Positions 1-9,999 of a DNA stretch of 64,000 nucleotides are shown here, piece by piece. This DNA is from a virus: the IMG/VR virus record IMGVR_UViG_3300042460_000724, positions 1-64,000 of that record. One strand, given 5' to 3'. The position numbers and the translations under genes are program-made. Numbering within the stretch: the first letter of the stretch is position 1; every line of letters begins with the position of its first letter. The notes below the pieces were generated by a model. That model did no database searches. It was given only the letters and a program-made list of their open reading frames with translations, and had not been told where the DNA came from.

Positions 1-1593
1 GAAGTTGCGTCTGATGGTAATCTTCAGATTTGGGCTAACTCGGGCGGCAATACTGAATACAGTTGGACATTTGGCACAGATGGTACTCTAACATTGCCTC
101 AAGGTAGTCAAATAAGTGAAACTAGTAATACTAGTGTTAATATCACAGCCAATGCTAATACATGGGCTTTTGGTGTAGATGGTAAATTAACATTACCCGA
201 TATTGCTACTATTATTGCGCCGTGGACAGACGACCTAACATTAACAGCACAAGTTGAATATAATATTTGCACTATACAAAATGCAGGTAGTGGATATAGT
301 GGTGGTACTCCACTGCCGACCACAACAACAGGTGGTACAGGCTCAGGAATGACTGTAAACTTTGGATATGGTATAAGTGGTCAGTTGGTTAGTGTTAGTG
401 TAAGTAATCCTGGCACAGGTTATTCGAACGGTGATGTTATCGGAGTAGATGGTGGCACTGGCACATTTGTAATAACCAAATATAATATTTCAGCAAATCA
501 AGCCAATAATAATACTTTACCAACTGATTGGACATTTGGTACAGATGGCAACCTAACATTACCAACTGTTGGTAGTTTGGTTGGCAATCTTATTGTACCC
601 GGTTCTATTGTAAGTAGTGGGGCAAGTCCTGCTCCGTACATAAGTGGCTTCTCTAGTATTAGTGCATTAACATTAAGCGCACCAACATTGACTAACGGTA
701 ACTCAAATGTTACTGTCAATGTTAATTCAAACTTATGGAACTTTGATAGTACTGGTAATTTAACAATACCAGGATCATCAGGTGGATTCATTAAGACAGT
801 AGCAAATGCATCAATTGGTATTGCCGCAGTTGATAATGGTACAAACAATCCGGCACAATTGTTGTCAATGACTAATGCAGGCGCCGCAACTAGTATTATT
901 TCAGCATATGCTACTAATGCTACGATTCAAACTAATGCTACTGGTACATTAAAGACTTGGTCATTTGATAATGCAGGTAACTTAACATTACCAGGCAACA
1001 CATTTGCTGTTAACTATGCTAATGGTACTCAAGTACCAGTAGGAGTCACACAAGATATCACCTCCAACGGTGCTATGAGTATAATGCTCTATGATGGTAA
1101 CATAAAGTATAATAACTATGCTACTGTTGAACCAAGTACAGGCAATATTGCCGGTGGTAATATTAGTGCGTCTGGTAATATTTCAGCTAACAACTTTACT
1201 GGTAACGGTGGCAGTTTATCTAATGTTGCAACAAAAATATCAAGTAGTTGGACACTTGCGTCAGGTAATAACACCGTAAGCATTAGTGTCCCATTGAATG
1301 GAACTTATGCACTCTGGGTTAACGGTAATATTCCAAACGGTATTATAACATATACTGCTACCGCAGTTGTTACAAATACAAATGTACCAGTACTAGGTGA
1401 ACAATATGGTTGGTATTACGCAGTCGGAAATGCATTAGTGTTTACGTCAATACCTGATCAGTTTGTTGGCACTGTGGGCTCAATCAGCAATGTTAATACT
1501 TATGTAGGTAATACCGCAAATGTGTTTACATTCGGTATCACCAACAATAGTGGTAACACAGCAGTTGTTAATTATGGCTACACTAAACTGTAA
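1..1593 (+). CDS. Tail fibre / virion structural protein, 5'-truncated
   Basis: Frame is open from position 1, upstream of the 94 start. G/N/T/S-rich with repeated W(T/S/A/N)F(G/D)xxGxLT(L/I)P motifs. Confidence 0.75.
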   Translation, partial: EVASDGNLQIWANSGGNTEYSWTFGTDGTLTLPQGSQISETSNTSVNITANANTWAFGVDGKLTLPDIATIIAPWTDDLTLTAQVEYNICTIQNAGSGYSGGTPLPTTTTGGTGSGMTVNFGYGISGQLVSVSVSNPGTGYSNGDVIGVDGGTGTFVITKYNISANQANNNTLPTDWTFGTDGNLTLPTVGSLVGNLIVPGSIVSSGASPAPYISGFSSISALTLSAPTLTNGNSNVTVNVNSNLWNFDSTGNLTIPGSSGGFIKTVANASIGIAAVDNGTNNPAQLLSMTNAGAATSIISAYATNATIQTNATGTLKTWSFDNAGNLTLPGNTFAVNYANGTQVPVGVTQDITSNGAMSIMLYDGNIKYNNYATVEPSTGNIAGGNISASGNISANNFTGNGGSLSNVATKISSSWTLASGNNTVSISVPLNGTYALWVNGNIPNGIITYTATAVVTNTNVPVLGEQYGWYYAVGNALVFTSIPDQFVGTVGSISNVNTYVGNTANVFTFGITNNSGNTAVVNYGYTKL

Positions 1594-1626
1594 AACTAAC
1601 TGTTCACATTAATTTAAGGAATTATT

Positions 1627-2460
1627 ATGAAACAAGATCCTCGCTCAATAATAAACACAACTGAGGATCATACCTTTAATAAGCCTGCTGACAAAAAAGT
1701 CATACCTAGGACACTTGACAAATATAACCTAATATGGAAAACAGATAGACCAGATACAAGAGATTACAAATATCAAGTAACACAAAAAGTAAGTCCTAAT
1801 GTTGTAGATTTAAGAAGTTATTGCAGTTTAATAGAAAATCAAGGTAATCTTGGTAGCTGTACTGGTCAAGCAATTGCAGGAGCAATAGAACTACTAAACA
1901 AACGAAGTGGTAAACCAACCGATGTAAGTAGATTGTTTATATACTATTATGAACGATTAATATTAGGTACAGTCAACTACGATAGTGGTGCATACATACG
2001 TGATGGTATTAAAGCAACAAATCATTATGGTGCTAGTTTAGAAAGATATTGGCCATATGATATTAGGAAGTTTAGACAACAACCTATTAAAGAAGCAAAA
2101 AATGACGCACTTAATCGTAAAGTAACACGATACGAAAGAATAGCAGATTTCAATGGATGTATTGATGCATTATCAAACGGCTATCCAGTTATAATAGGAT
2201 TCCATGTATATACTAGCTTTATGTCTAATACAGTTGCTAGAACAGGTAATATGCCTTATCCAAATACAAAACGTGAAAAACTATTAGGCGGACATGCTGT
2301 ATTACTTGTTGGTTACGATAAAAACAAAAAAGTATTTATTGTACGAAACAGTTGGGGAACAAATTGGGGTATTAAGGGTTACTTTTATATGCCCTTCAAT
2401 GTAATAAATCCTAGTATGAGTAGTGATTATTGGATTATCAAATCAGTTAACAATCCATAA
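1627..2460 (+). CDS. Papain-like C1A cysteine peptidase
   Basis: QGNLGSC, GGHAV and RNSWG catalytic motifs. Confidence 0.92.
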   Translation: MKQDPRSIINTTEDHTFNKPADKKVIPRTLDKYNLIWKTDRPDTRDYKYQVTQKVSPNVVDLRSYCSLIENQGNLGSCTGQAIAGAIELLNKRSGKPTDVSRLFIYYYERLILGTVNYDSGAYIRDGIKATNHYGASLERYWPYDIRKFRQQPIKEAKNDALNRKVTRYERIADFNGCIDALSNGYPVIIGFHVYTSFMSNTVARTGNMPYPNTKREKLLGGHAVLLVGYDKNKKVFIVRNSWGTNWGIKGYFYMPFNVINPSMSSDYWIIKSVNNP

Positions 2461-2485
2461 GAAAAGCCCCAATAAGGGGCTTTTC
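2461..2485. terminator. Bidirectional intrinsic terminator
   Basis: gaaaagcccc-aataa-ggggcttttc between convergent genes. Confidence 0.85.
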
Positions 2486-2692
2486 TTATTTCATCTTTTC
2501 TAACATATAAGAGGTATATTTGTTTTCACACATTGCTGGGATCTCAACAAAAGGATCCTCTAGATAGAATGGACAACCATTTTTCCATTTACCACTTTTC
2601 TTAAAGAATTTGAATTCTAGCAAATCTTTTTTATCTGCAGGATTAAATTCTCTACGAGGGTTAAACGAGCGACGGAATGTAGATAGATTCAT
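2486..2692 (-). CDS. Hypothetical protein
   Basis: ORF track, 68 aa. Confidence 0.6.
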   Translation of the reverse strand: MNLSTFRRSFNPRREFNPADKKDLLEFKFFKKSGKWKNGCPFYLEDPFVEIPAMCENKYTSYMLEKMK

Positions 2693-2718
2693 AGTTAGAA
2701 GGGCCGAAGCCCTGTTAT

Positions 2719-3099
2719 TTAGAGGGGAGCGTCTTCAACTGCCGCAAGAATATCTTCTACGGACACTTCTTTAGATTTCTTTGCACGTGCTTTAATAGCA
2801 TCAAGACTTGGTTTTGTTTTAGAAGCTTTAACTTTAACTTCACTAGTACCTTTAGATTTATCTGCGATACTGTCAGCAATAGTTGCCTGATCTGCAGGAG
2901 ACTGGAAATCAGCGTGAAATGACAAATATGTAAGTGCTTCAAGTTTAGTCATTTCAGAAGGCAACTCTACCAAGTCAATGCGTGATGCACCACCCTTTGA
3001 GAATTGTTTGATTCGGCGCACCATGTCATCAGTGAAACGAACCTTTGTAGAAGTACCATGAGTTGTGATACCAGCGACTTTGAAAGTTTGATTAGCCAT
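2719..3099 (-). CDS. Hypothetical protein with K/A-rich C-terminus
   Basis: ORF with AAGGAA SD; promoter at 3164-3192. Confidence 0.7.
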   Translation of the reverse strand: MANQTFKVAGITTHGTSTKVRFTDDMVRRIKQFSKGGASRIDLVELPSEMTKLEALTYLSFHADFQSPADQATIADSIADKSKGTSEVKVKASKTKPSLDAIKARAKKSKEVSVEDILAAVEDAPL

Positions 3100-3214
3100 T
3101 TGAGTTTCCTTTATAAATTAAGCTAAGTTTAAAAATGTGCCGATATCACTCAGCACTGTTATAATGATAACACAATCGGACATTATTGTCAACCTTTGTG
3201 TTACCCATTATTCG

Positions 3215-3652
3215 TTAAACGGTGACAACTTCCCAAGAACCTTCCAGTTCATAGGGCTTGTCCCATTTGCCAATGTTAACATCAACATAGTATGCGGTGT
3301 TAAAATAATCTGTCATTGCATCGGATTCGTCATACCAATCGGCAGACTTTAATGCCTTGAATGCTTCGGTTAAGAATGCCTTAGCCTTGCCATCATAATG
3401 ATCCTGAAACCAGTAAGGGTTAACTTGATCGTAACCAGTAGTAGTAGGTTTGAAGCCACGTTGTACCTGATAAAAGTCATTACCGCAAACTCTGTTGCTA
3501 TTACCAATAAAGTCAATAGCACCTGATTTGAGGGTCAATACAATAGTACTATTATTACGTACACTCAAGGAACCTTTAACTTTGTACTTAGCCAAGATAG
3601 GCTTAAGTGCTTGAGTAATTTTTTGTTTGCGCTCTTGGTTCATGTAAGCCAT
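3215..3652 (-). CDS. Hypothetical early phage protein
   Basis: ORF with AAGGA SD downstream of a consensus promoter. Confidence 0.75.
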   Translation of the reverse strand: MAYMNQERKQKITQALKPILAKYKVKGSLSVRNNSTIVLTLKSGAIDFIGNSNRVCGNDFYQVQRGFKPTTTGYDQVNPYWFQDHYDGKAKAFLTEAFKALKSADWYDESDAMTDYFNTAYYVDVNIGKWDKPYELEGSWEVVTV

Positions 3653-3685
3653 TTGTTAGTCCTTTATTTAACTGTCTAAGATTCT

Positions 3686-3714
3686 ATTATAGCACAATGC
3701 CCATTTAATGTCAA
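3686..3714 (-). promoter_or_regulatory. Sigma70-type early promoter
   Basis: TTGACA-17-TATAAT followed by leader agaatcttagacagttaaataaagga. Confidence 0.85.
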
Positions 3715-4044
3715 ATTTAGGAGTTGACCGTTTTGAATGGGCTATAGACTTCCTTATCCTGTAAGGAATCGGACACTTCATATACCCAAATTACGGGTAC
3801 TTCTAGTACAGCAGAGATGGTCGCAGGATGTGTACCTCTCTCTAACATTTCTAGGATATCAATTTCTAAATCACTCATTTTGTTTTCCTAATGTTAAACA
3901 ATCCACCCAAAATAATTACGGCTAGCCAGGACTCTAATGAGTACTTAATAGCTAATATTGGGAACAACACATTCAATGACCAAATAGTCAATAACGGGCC
4001 AATTGCAACGAGAGCAATGACAATCACAATTCCAACAAAATATT

Positions 4045-4320
4045 TCATAACACCTCCAACATACTAGCAGGGACTCTCCAACTACGGTGCTGACTAGGTT
4101 GATCCACAATAATAAACTTACGATTGATTTTCTTTACAACACCGGAGATTGTACCACGGGTTGAACTAGTGAATTTAACATTGGAACCAATTGTCAATAC
4201 CGATTTGTTTCTTACCACTAGTTGGGCACGGGCAAAACGAATTGCATCGTTGATGCTATTCAATTGTTCATTAGTAAAGTCACCCTGCATAATAGCAGTA
4301 TTAATTTGCTTGATGTTCAT
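4045..4320 (-). CDS. Hypothetical protein (SH3-like C-terminus)
   Basis: ORF with AGGAG SD. Confidence 0.7.
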   Translation of the reverse strand: MNIKQINTAIMQGDFTNEQLNSINDAIRFARAQLVVRNKSVLTIGSNVKFTSSTRGTISGVVKKINRKFIIVDQPSQHRSWRVPASMLEVL

Positions 4321-4349
4321 AAAAACTCCTTTTGACTGAATAAGACTCT

Positions 4350-4378
4350 ATTATATACCCAAAACCATTTATTGTCAA
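4350..4378 (-). promoter_or_regulatory. Sigma70-type early promoter
   Basis: TTGACA-17-TATAAT. Confidence 0.85.
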
Positions 4379-4381
4379 ATT

Positions 4382-4648
4382 TTAGACAATGTTAACCTGC
4401 ACATCGTGATCCACACCTTGGAAATTACTGCGAGTTCCGTAGCCTACTGGAATCTCTTTTTTGCCACAACTCTTGGCTAAATCACGGGAGCATTGCAAAT
4501 GTTGCAAGGCCGAAATAACTGCAACCCGGTGTGAACTAGTAGAAAAGTTCTCAATATCAGAAACCTTACAATACATACCAAATCCGTCAATGATAAAACG
4601 AATCTTTTGGCTGTTATTCATACCAGAAACTACTTGTTGTGTACGCAT
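4382..4648 (-). CDS. Hypothetical early protein
   Basis: ORF flanked by two promoter repeats. Confidence 0.7.
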   Translation of the reverse strand: MRTQQVVSGMNNSQKIRFIIDGFGMYCKVSDIENFSTSSHRVAVISALQHLQCSRDLAKSCGKKEIPVGYGTRSNFQGVDHDVQVNIV

Positions 4649-4680
4649 TTTATGTCCTTTATTTGACTGTCTAAGATTCT

Positions 4681-4709
4681 ATTATATACCCAAAACCATT
4701 TAATGTCAA
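4681..4709 (-). promoter_or_regulatory. Sigma70-type early promoter
   Basis: TTGACA-17-TATAAT with a near-identical leader to the 3686 copy. Confidence 0.85.
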
Positions 4710-4984
4710 CCTTTTTTCAGGTATAAAAAGACCTTTTTTGTGCTTGAAGGAACCCATTTTTTGGCATCAGGACCACAGGCTTCATATGTGCTACGCATTA
4801 ATCCAGCCGTATGAAAATAACCTTCTTTGGTCTCTCCTACTACCGGATCAAATTCGGGTTCGTTCCAACTCTCGGGAAGAGTACATTTAAACCCATAAGT
4901 AAAATTAGTTAGCCTAGACATAAAGCTAGCCTGAACATTCTTACAATCCTTACAAAGAAGGTCTTTGTTAAATTCTTTAGCCAT
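4706..4984 (-). CDS. Hypothetical Cys-containing protein
   Basis: CxxC...C...CG pattern. Confidence 0.65.
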   Translation of the reverse strand: MAKEFNKDLLCKDCKNVQASFMSRLTNFTYGFKCTLPESWNEPEFDPVVGETKEGYFHTAGLMRSTYEACGPDAKKWVPSSTKKVFLYLKKG

Positions 4985-5049
4985 ATGATTCCGTTAGTTG
5001 CAATACAAGTAGTGTATCAGAAAGAGGAATTATTGTCAAATTTTGGATA

Positions 5050-5781
5050 TTATTTAACTGCCAAGAATTCTTTAATTTTTGATTCCCATTCCGGGTCTGC
5101 CAGTGCTCGGTGTGAGAACACTTTTGAATGTACTGTAGTAAAATTTGAATAACCTTCACATTTAAATCTTAATCCCGGGCGGGTTAGTAAAGGATCGTTA
5201 AGTGAAACTAAATGTAAGTATTTTATTTTTGAATTATCGATATTCTCAAATTTAGGAACACAGCTCATAGAATGAACAACTACCGCATTTACATTTTCTT
5301 GAAGATATTGGACTACCATACCACCTTCACTATGACCGGTTGCATAAATTATAGCTATCCCGTTCTTTTTAAGAACATTAACATGGTGCTCAAGTTCTTT
5401 AAGTCTAGGTGGCAATCGTTTACGAGTATCAGCGTGGTATGTAAATCCACCATTTGATGTGCAAGATGCAGAAGCATCTCCTCTTTTATGAAAATCAAGC
5501 ATTACAAAATTAAATCCTAGACCTGTGTAAAAATTCTTTAAGTCTAGATCATCGGATGATACACCTGAACATCCATGTGAATGAATAACAGTTGGTTTAG
5601 TTTTATCTGCTCTTTTAATAAATTCTTCAAAATTAAATCCAAAATCAATTAGTGATTTAGTAGTATAATAGGATGATCGAAGGTGTGACTTATCAATGAT
5701 ATCATTACTCATATCATACGTTTGGCCCATTGTTGGTATAGCGGATGCCATCAATGCCAATGCAATAATACTACGTTTCAT
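5050..5781 (-). CDS. Secreted alpha/beta hydrolase (dienelactone hydrolase-like)
   Basis: Signal peptide, HGCSG, GHSEGG nucleophile elbow, D and H downstream. Confidence 0.75.
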   Translation of the reverse strand: MKRSIIALALMASAIPTMGQTYDMSNDIIDKSHLRSSYYTTKSLIDFGFNFEEFIKRADKTKPTVIHSHGCSGVSSDDLDLKNFYTGLGFNFVMLDFHKRGDASASCTSNGGFTYHADTRKRLPPRLKELEHHVNVLKKNGIAIIYATGHSEGGMVVQYLQENVNAVVVHSMSCVPKFENIDNSKIKYLHLVSLNDPLLTRPGLRFKCEGYSNFTTVHSKVFSHRALADPEWESKIKEFLAVK

Positions 5782-6000
5782 GTTTTTCCTTTATTGAAAA
5801 TTTTAATGTTAAATTTCGTTACGGTTTGGATGCTTAGATTTACGAATGTACAGACCTTTTTTGGACTGTACAACCTTAGGTTTGAACGGAGTGTTACAAG
5901 AAAACAACACTCTATGAGCCCTATGTTTGGGCTGTTCAATAGTAAATGATAGGATTTTTTGTTTCATAATGCATATTATAGCACAGAAACATATTTATTG

Positions 6001-6315
6001 TCAAAGGGCAAATCTTACGTGCTTGACAGATCTGGTTGTAAAACTGCGCCATTCATTTTTTTCAGTATCAAACACCCTCATTGATGTAGTTGATTCTTTG
6101 CGAGGCTTTGCATCTTCTTTGATTTCAACCTTAGGTAATATATTTGGATCTAATGTACATTTCATTAGACGTTCAGTGCCATCTTTTTTTATAAACGTAA
6201 CATCCACTATACTTGATTTTAATGCACCCTGTAGCCATACCGTAAATGAATTCCATTCATTGTCTCCCCAATTACCAGTATCAGCGTGAATTGGAAGTAC
6301 GTGTGTATCACTCAT
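6001..6315 (-). CDS. WYL_2/SH3 beta-barrel phage protein
   Basis: VTFxKKDGTERxMxCTL...VFDxEKxEWRSF motif. Confidence 0.8.
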   Translation of the reverse strand: MSDTHVLPIHADTGNWGDNEWNSFTVWLQGALKSSIVDVTFIKKDGTERLMKCTLDPNILPKVEIKEDAKPRKESTTSMRVFDTEKNEWRSFTTRSVKHVRFAL

Positions 6316-6598
6316 CTTTTTTCTCCGTTTTTAAACAACCAAATACTACAACTGCAATTACTGCAATCCATGGAATTAAAATTGTTGCAGAAAACCATGG
6401 ATTAATACCAGCATCTCGACAACGCCTTGCGGTAGTAGATAGCAATGTCCATACTATTGCTAGTCCACCTAATATACCTGCAAAAAACAATGCAGGTATT
6501 GCAAGAACATAACAAATAAGACTGATTCCCCAGTATTCACTACGTGTTGCAGTTCCATCAAAATAAAAGTATTTTTTATAGTTTTTATAGTTTTCCAT
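6308..6598 (-). CDS. DUF805-like membrane protein
   Basis: FDGxATRSEYW...RRCRDAG motif with TM segments. Confidence 0.8.
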   Translation of the reverse strand: MENYKNYKKYFYFDGTATRSEYWGISLICYVLAIPALFFAGILGGLAIVWTLLSTTARRCRDAGINPWFSATILIPWIAVIAVVVFGCLKTEKKDE

Positions 6599-6885
6599 TA
6601 TGTCATCATCCTTATTAATCCCACACTATCAATTGTTACAAGTAGCAAGTAGTTAGCCAACATCCCAAAAGATTTCCTAGTAAAACTAGCCCAAGCATAG
6701 AGACCACAACCGAAGATCCAAATAGGGTAAAGAGCAAGTAACGGTGGATTGGGGACTGTAAGAGCCATGGCAATCGAACAGCCAATTGAAAGACCCCAAG
6801 CAAGCAACTCAACGACAAAGCGAAAAGGATGAGTACGGTAATCATCTTTGATCCAATTAAAAATTCCATAAAAAATATCGTTCAT
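6598..6885 (-). CDS. Small membrane protein
   Basis: Three hydrophobic segments. Confidence 0.7.
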   Translation of the reverse strand: MNDIFYGIFNWIKDDYRTHPFRFVVELLAWGLSIGCSIAMALTVPNPPLLALYPIWIFGCGLYAWASFTRKSFGMLANYLLLVTIDSVGLIRMMT

Positions 6886-6928
6886 TATATATTATACACT
6901 ATGAACGATACGATAACAAATGTTTTGG

Positions 6929-7240
6929 TCACTGATTGCAGGTTCGTGTACGAGTAATTGTTCCATCAGAGTTCTGTGTCTCAGTCCAAGGAGTGCAAAC
7001 TTGACCTAATGATGTAGTAGGATTTTGAATTACTACTTGAGTTTGCACGTGACGATTGTGTGCTTCGTTAATTGCGGCGCCAATAATCAATGCACCAACT
7101 GCAGGGGCAATCCAATTATCACGGTAGATAACACGCGGTCCGTGATAATTATGATGACGAAAGCCGTGACCATGATAATGTTGTGCCATTGCTGACCCAG
7201 TTACTGCTAGTAGTGATAATGCTAATAGAATTTTTTTCAT
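6929..7240 (-). CDS. Secreted His-rich protein
   Basis: Signal peptide, His-rich stretch, C-terminal Cys pair. Confidence 0.7.
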   Translation of the reverse strand: MKKILLALSLLAVTGSAMAQHYHGHGFRHHNYHGPRVIYRDNWIAPAVGALIIGAAINEAHNRHVQTQVVIQNPTTSLGQVCTPWTETQNSDGTITRTRTCNQ

Positions 7241-7428
7241 AAATATCTCCTATATAGATATAACGTTTTATGCAAGTGTTTCGTTGACTTTATGTTTATC
7301 AATTACTTCCTGCAAAATACCCTCTATCATCTTATTTAGCGTAATATCACGTTTATGTGCTTCCATAGCCAACAAGTATATCTCATGTTCATCTAAATTC
7401 AATTCAATTTCAACTCTGTTATCTGCTA

Positions 7429-7626
7429 TCATTTATGTTCTCCATAATGTTTTAATAGTGGTTCAATATTATTTTCATAAATCTGAGCCATTGTACTATA
7501 TAGTCCCCTACGTTCTTCCGGTGTCATTCCTGCACACCATGACGGGCTAGATGGATCTTTATCTAAACCATAATCATGACGGTACGTATAACACATATCG
7601 GTAATAATTTCTTCTTTACTTTTCAT
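7429..7626 (-). CDS. Hypothetical protein
   Basis: ORF track. Confidence 0.6.
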   Translation of the reverse strand: MKSKEEIITDMCYTYRHDYGLDKDPSSPSWCAGMTPEERRGLYSTMAQIYENNIEPLLKHYGEHK

Positions 7627-7743
7627 TTTTTATTTCCACAATGTAATACTTACTAAAAGGATACGTTTGATTAAGCCATTCAATCATCCCGTCTTCGTAA
7701 GGTAGGAAAACAGTATTTGCTTTGTTAGTAATATATCGTTTCA

Positions 7744-7941
7744 TTAAATTTTAATGTTATATTTTTTCAATATTGTTTCACCATACGTGCCGCCTCCTTG
7801 TTTATATACATCATTAACCTGTTTAGCACAATCTCGAATTAATAATTCTGCAAACTGTTCTAATGGAATGTACACCTCGTCTGACAAATTATCTAATTTA
7901 AATCCAGCCTGTTCTGCGAGTTCTTTAATTTTTTTGTTCAT
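7744..7941 (-). CDS. Hypothetical phage protein (IKELAEQAG...FAELLIRDC type)
   Basis: Recurrent small-phage-protein motif. Confidence 0.65.
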   Translation of the reverse strand: MNKKIKELAEQAGFKLDNLSDEVYIPLEQFAELLIRDCAKQVNDVYKQGGGTYGETILKKYNIKI

Positions 7942-7967
7942 TATAACGGTCCAAGTTGAATGATTAT

Positions 7968-8195
7968 TTAGCCCCAGGCTTTAGCTAAGCCAATAAAACA
8001 AGTAACGATTGCTACTAGATTAACAGTTAGTTGTGGTCGATTATTTACCCTAATAGTCCATATCATAAATGCAATTGTACCTAATGTAAATGCTACAATA
8101 TTGTAGGGATATGCATCAGGTCCTATTGAATTACAAATGTGTCCAATAATGATGAATACTGCACCTACCCATTGTAAACTGTCATTTAATTTCAT
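7968..8195 (-). CDS. Small membrane protein
   Basis: Three hydrophobic segments. Confidence 0.65.
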   Translation of the reverse strand: MKLNDSLQWVGAVFIIIGHICNSIGPDAYPYNIVAFTLGTIAFMIWTIRVNNRPQLTVNLVAIVTCFIGLAKAWG

Positions 8196-8435
8196 TAGAA
8201 TCCATCTTTCAACAGTATTGCTAGGCCCATCACAATGCCGGGCAACAGTACGATACCTAAATTAATATATGCTTGCATTTATTTTGTCTCCTGTCTGGGC
8301 AAACATACTGCCCTTACGTTTTTGTCTGTTAATTCTTTAACCGCTTGTTTACAAACTGTTTCATCAGCATAACGATTTACCTGCTGTAAACTAGGCATTG
8401 TGTTACCTAAGATGATGTATAGAACCCAACTCATT

Positions 8436-8660
8436 CTACAATCCTACACTTTTCTTAATTACATAACGGGCAATCTTTTCATCAAAGTACATACGAACAC
8501 CATCTTTGACAGGATCCGCAACTACAATTTCACCTAGTTCTGTTGCAAGTGCTTGCGTAAACTTAAGTAGAATTGTATAAGTGTCCTCAGACTGACTCAG
8601 TGGATCACGATCCAAAATCTCTACCGTACTGTTAATCAATTTTTCAATTTGTTCGTTCAT
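8436..8660 (-). CDS. Hypothetical protein
   Basis: ORF coupled (TAATG) to the upstream gene. Confidence 0.6.
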   Translation of the reverse strand: MNEQIEKLINSTVEILDRDPLSQSEDTYTILLKFTQALATELGEIVVADPVKDGVRMYFDEKIARYVIKKSVGL

Positions 8661-8998
8661 TACTTTACTCCAAATGTGTTAAGTGCGGGTTGCAATGTGT
8701 TAATTAATTCTGTTTCACGTGAATGAGCAGGACGCTTACCACGAATCACTTCCAATTTTCCAAATATAAATTGTTCGGCGCCACGCTCACGCAAGGCACG
8801 TGACAAACCCCAATCTTTATTTTCAGTCATAGCACGTTGCATATGTTTTTGCATACGACGGCGTAATGTTTTGAAAACATTACCTTTGAATGAAAGTGCA
8901 GTCAAACCAATATAGTACTCAAGTGTTACTGTATCTTGGATAAAATAAATCACTTGATTTCTATCAGTTCTACGTTTGCGGACGATTTTTGAGTTCAT
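8660..8998 (-). CDS. GIY-YIG-like nuclease
   Basis: VIY...YYIG...R...H...E...N. Start moved to ATG 8998, downstream of promoter 9005-9033. Confidence 0.7.
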   Translation of the reverse strand: MNSKIVRKRRTDRNQVIYFIQDTVTLEYYIGLTALSFKGNVFKTLRRRMQKHMQRAMTENKDWGLSRALRERGAEQFIFGKLEVIRGKRPAHSRETELINTLQPALNTFGVK

Positions 8999-9152
8999 AG
9001 ATGAATTATACACGGATATCCATTTATTGTCAAATATTGGCAAAAACCGCTAGAAGTGTATCAGAGTGTATCCCTGAATCCTCTAACGATTTTGAAGCGC
9101 CTGACTGGCTAAAATGAGTACTTTTGTTTCTTAAAAACGTAGTACTAAAGTA

Positions 9153-9443
9153 TTAGTGTACAACTTGGCCTACACTGGAATTAAGCCATATTTTAATTTC
9201 TTTTCTTAACTCTTTTTCGGTATATCCCATTTCACCTAAACGAGTTATTAATGAAATGAATAATCCATGACTTGCAATACCATATATATATTTGTCATCA
9301 TCATTATCATTTTCGAATTTATCTAATTGTTCTAGTAAAACATCATTAATAAAATCCGAAGCGATAATGGCACTGTGTTCATATTGCCACATTTCATAAT
9401 CTTCATCTTCTATTTCTTCAATTATTAGATTCTCTTTGTTCAT
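9153..9443 (-). CDS. Hypothetical acidic protein
   Basis: ORF track. Confidence 0.6.
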   Translation of the reverse strand: MNKENLIIEEIEDEDYEMWQYEHSAIIASDFINDVLLEQLDKFENDNDDDKYIYGIASHGLFISLITRLGEMGYTEKELRKEIKIWLNSSVGQVVH

Positions 9444-9912
9444 TATTATCCTCCGAGTTATCTGTATTTAACGTCGGTGTGTATTCATAATTAATTGTTT
9501 CTATGTTTTCTCTAAATATAATCGCACCATTACGTAAATGAAATCTTCTTGCCATATTAGTTTTAGGACTTAATGTTACAAATCTAGTAACACTTGGATA
9601 TTGTTCCTGAATACCCTTAACTGCTTTGTATAATAATTCAGCACCTTTTCCGGCTTTATAACTCCATATAGTGTAAAATACTGCTGTAGTTGGTACTTGT
9701 GTAGTATTATCTAAATCTTTTACATTTTCTGGAATAAAATCATGGAAACTAACACATACCATTGCATCCGGATTATCTGCTGATTCATCAGTTAATGCGG
9801 CAACTAATCTCCCATTACTTACTCTAAAATCGGTAGAAATTTCTGGTCTAACTGGATCGTCTTTAATAAAATTTAATAGTTTGTGTGTTAAGTCTGTTAT
9901 GAAGTGGAGCAT
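9418..9912 (-). CDS. GNAT-fold-like protein
   Basis: FYTIWSY-KAGKGAELL...TLSPKT..A.RFHLRNGA. Confidence 0.55.
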   Translation of the reverse strand: MLHFITDLTHKLLNFIKDDPVRPEISTDFRVSNGRLVAALTDESADNPDAMVCVSFHDFIPENVKDLDNTTQVPTTAVFYTIWSYKAGKGAELLYKAVKGIQEQYPSVTRFVTLSPKTNMARRFHLRNGAIIFRENIETINYEYTPTLNTDNSEDNNEQRESNN

Positions 9913-9999
9913 TTTAATCCTACGGGGTGTTAATCGTATTTAGCATAAATTTAAAATATGCTATTATTTAGCGACATTTTTTAACCACTAAATAAAACT

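Noticed and set aside
9040-9152. Intergenic tract with AGTACT motifs as an origin or operator
   Set aside because: Only two short motifs; insufficient evidence.
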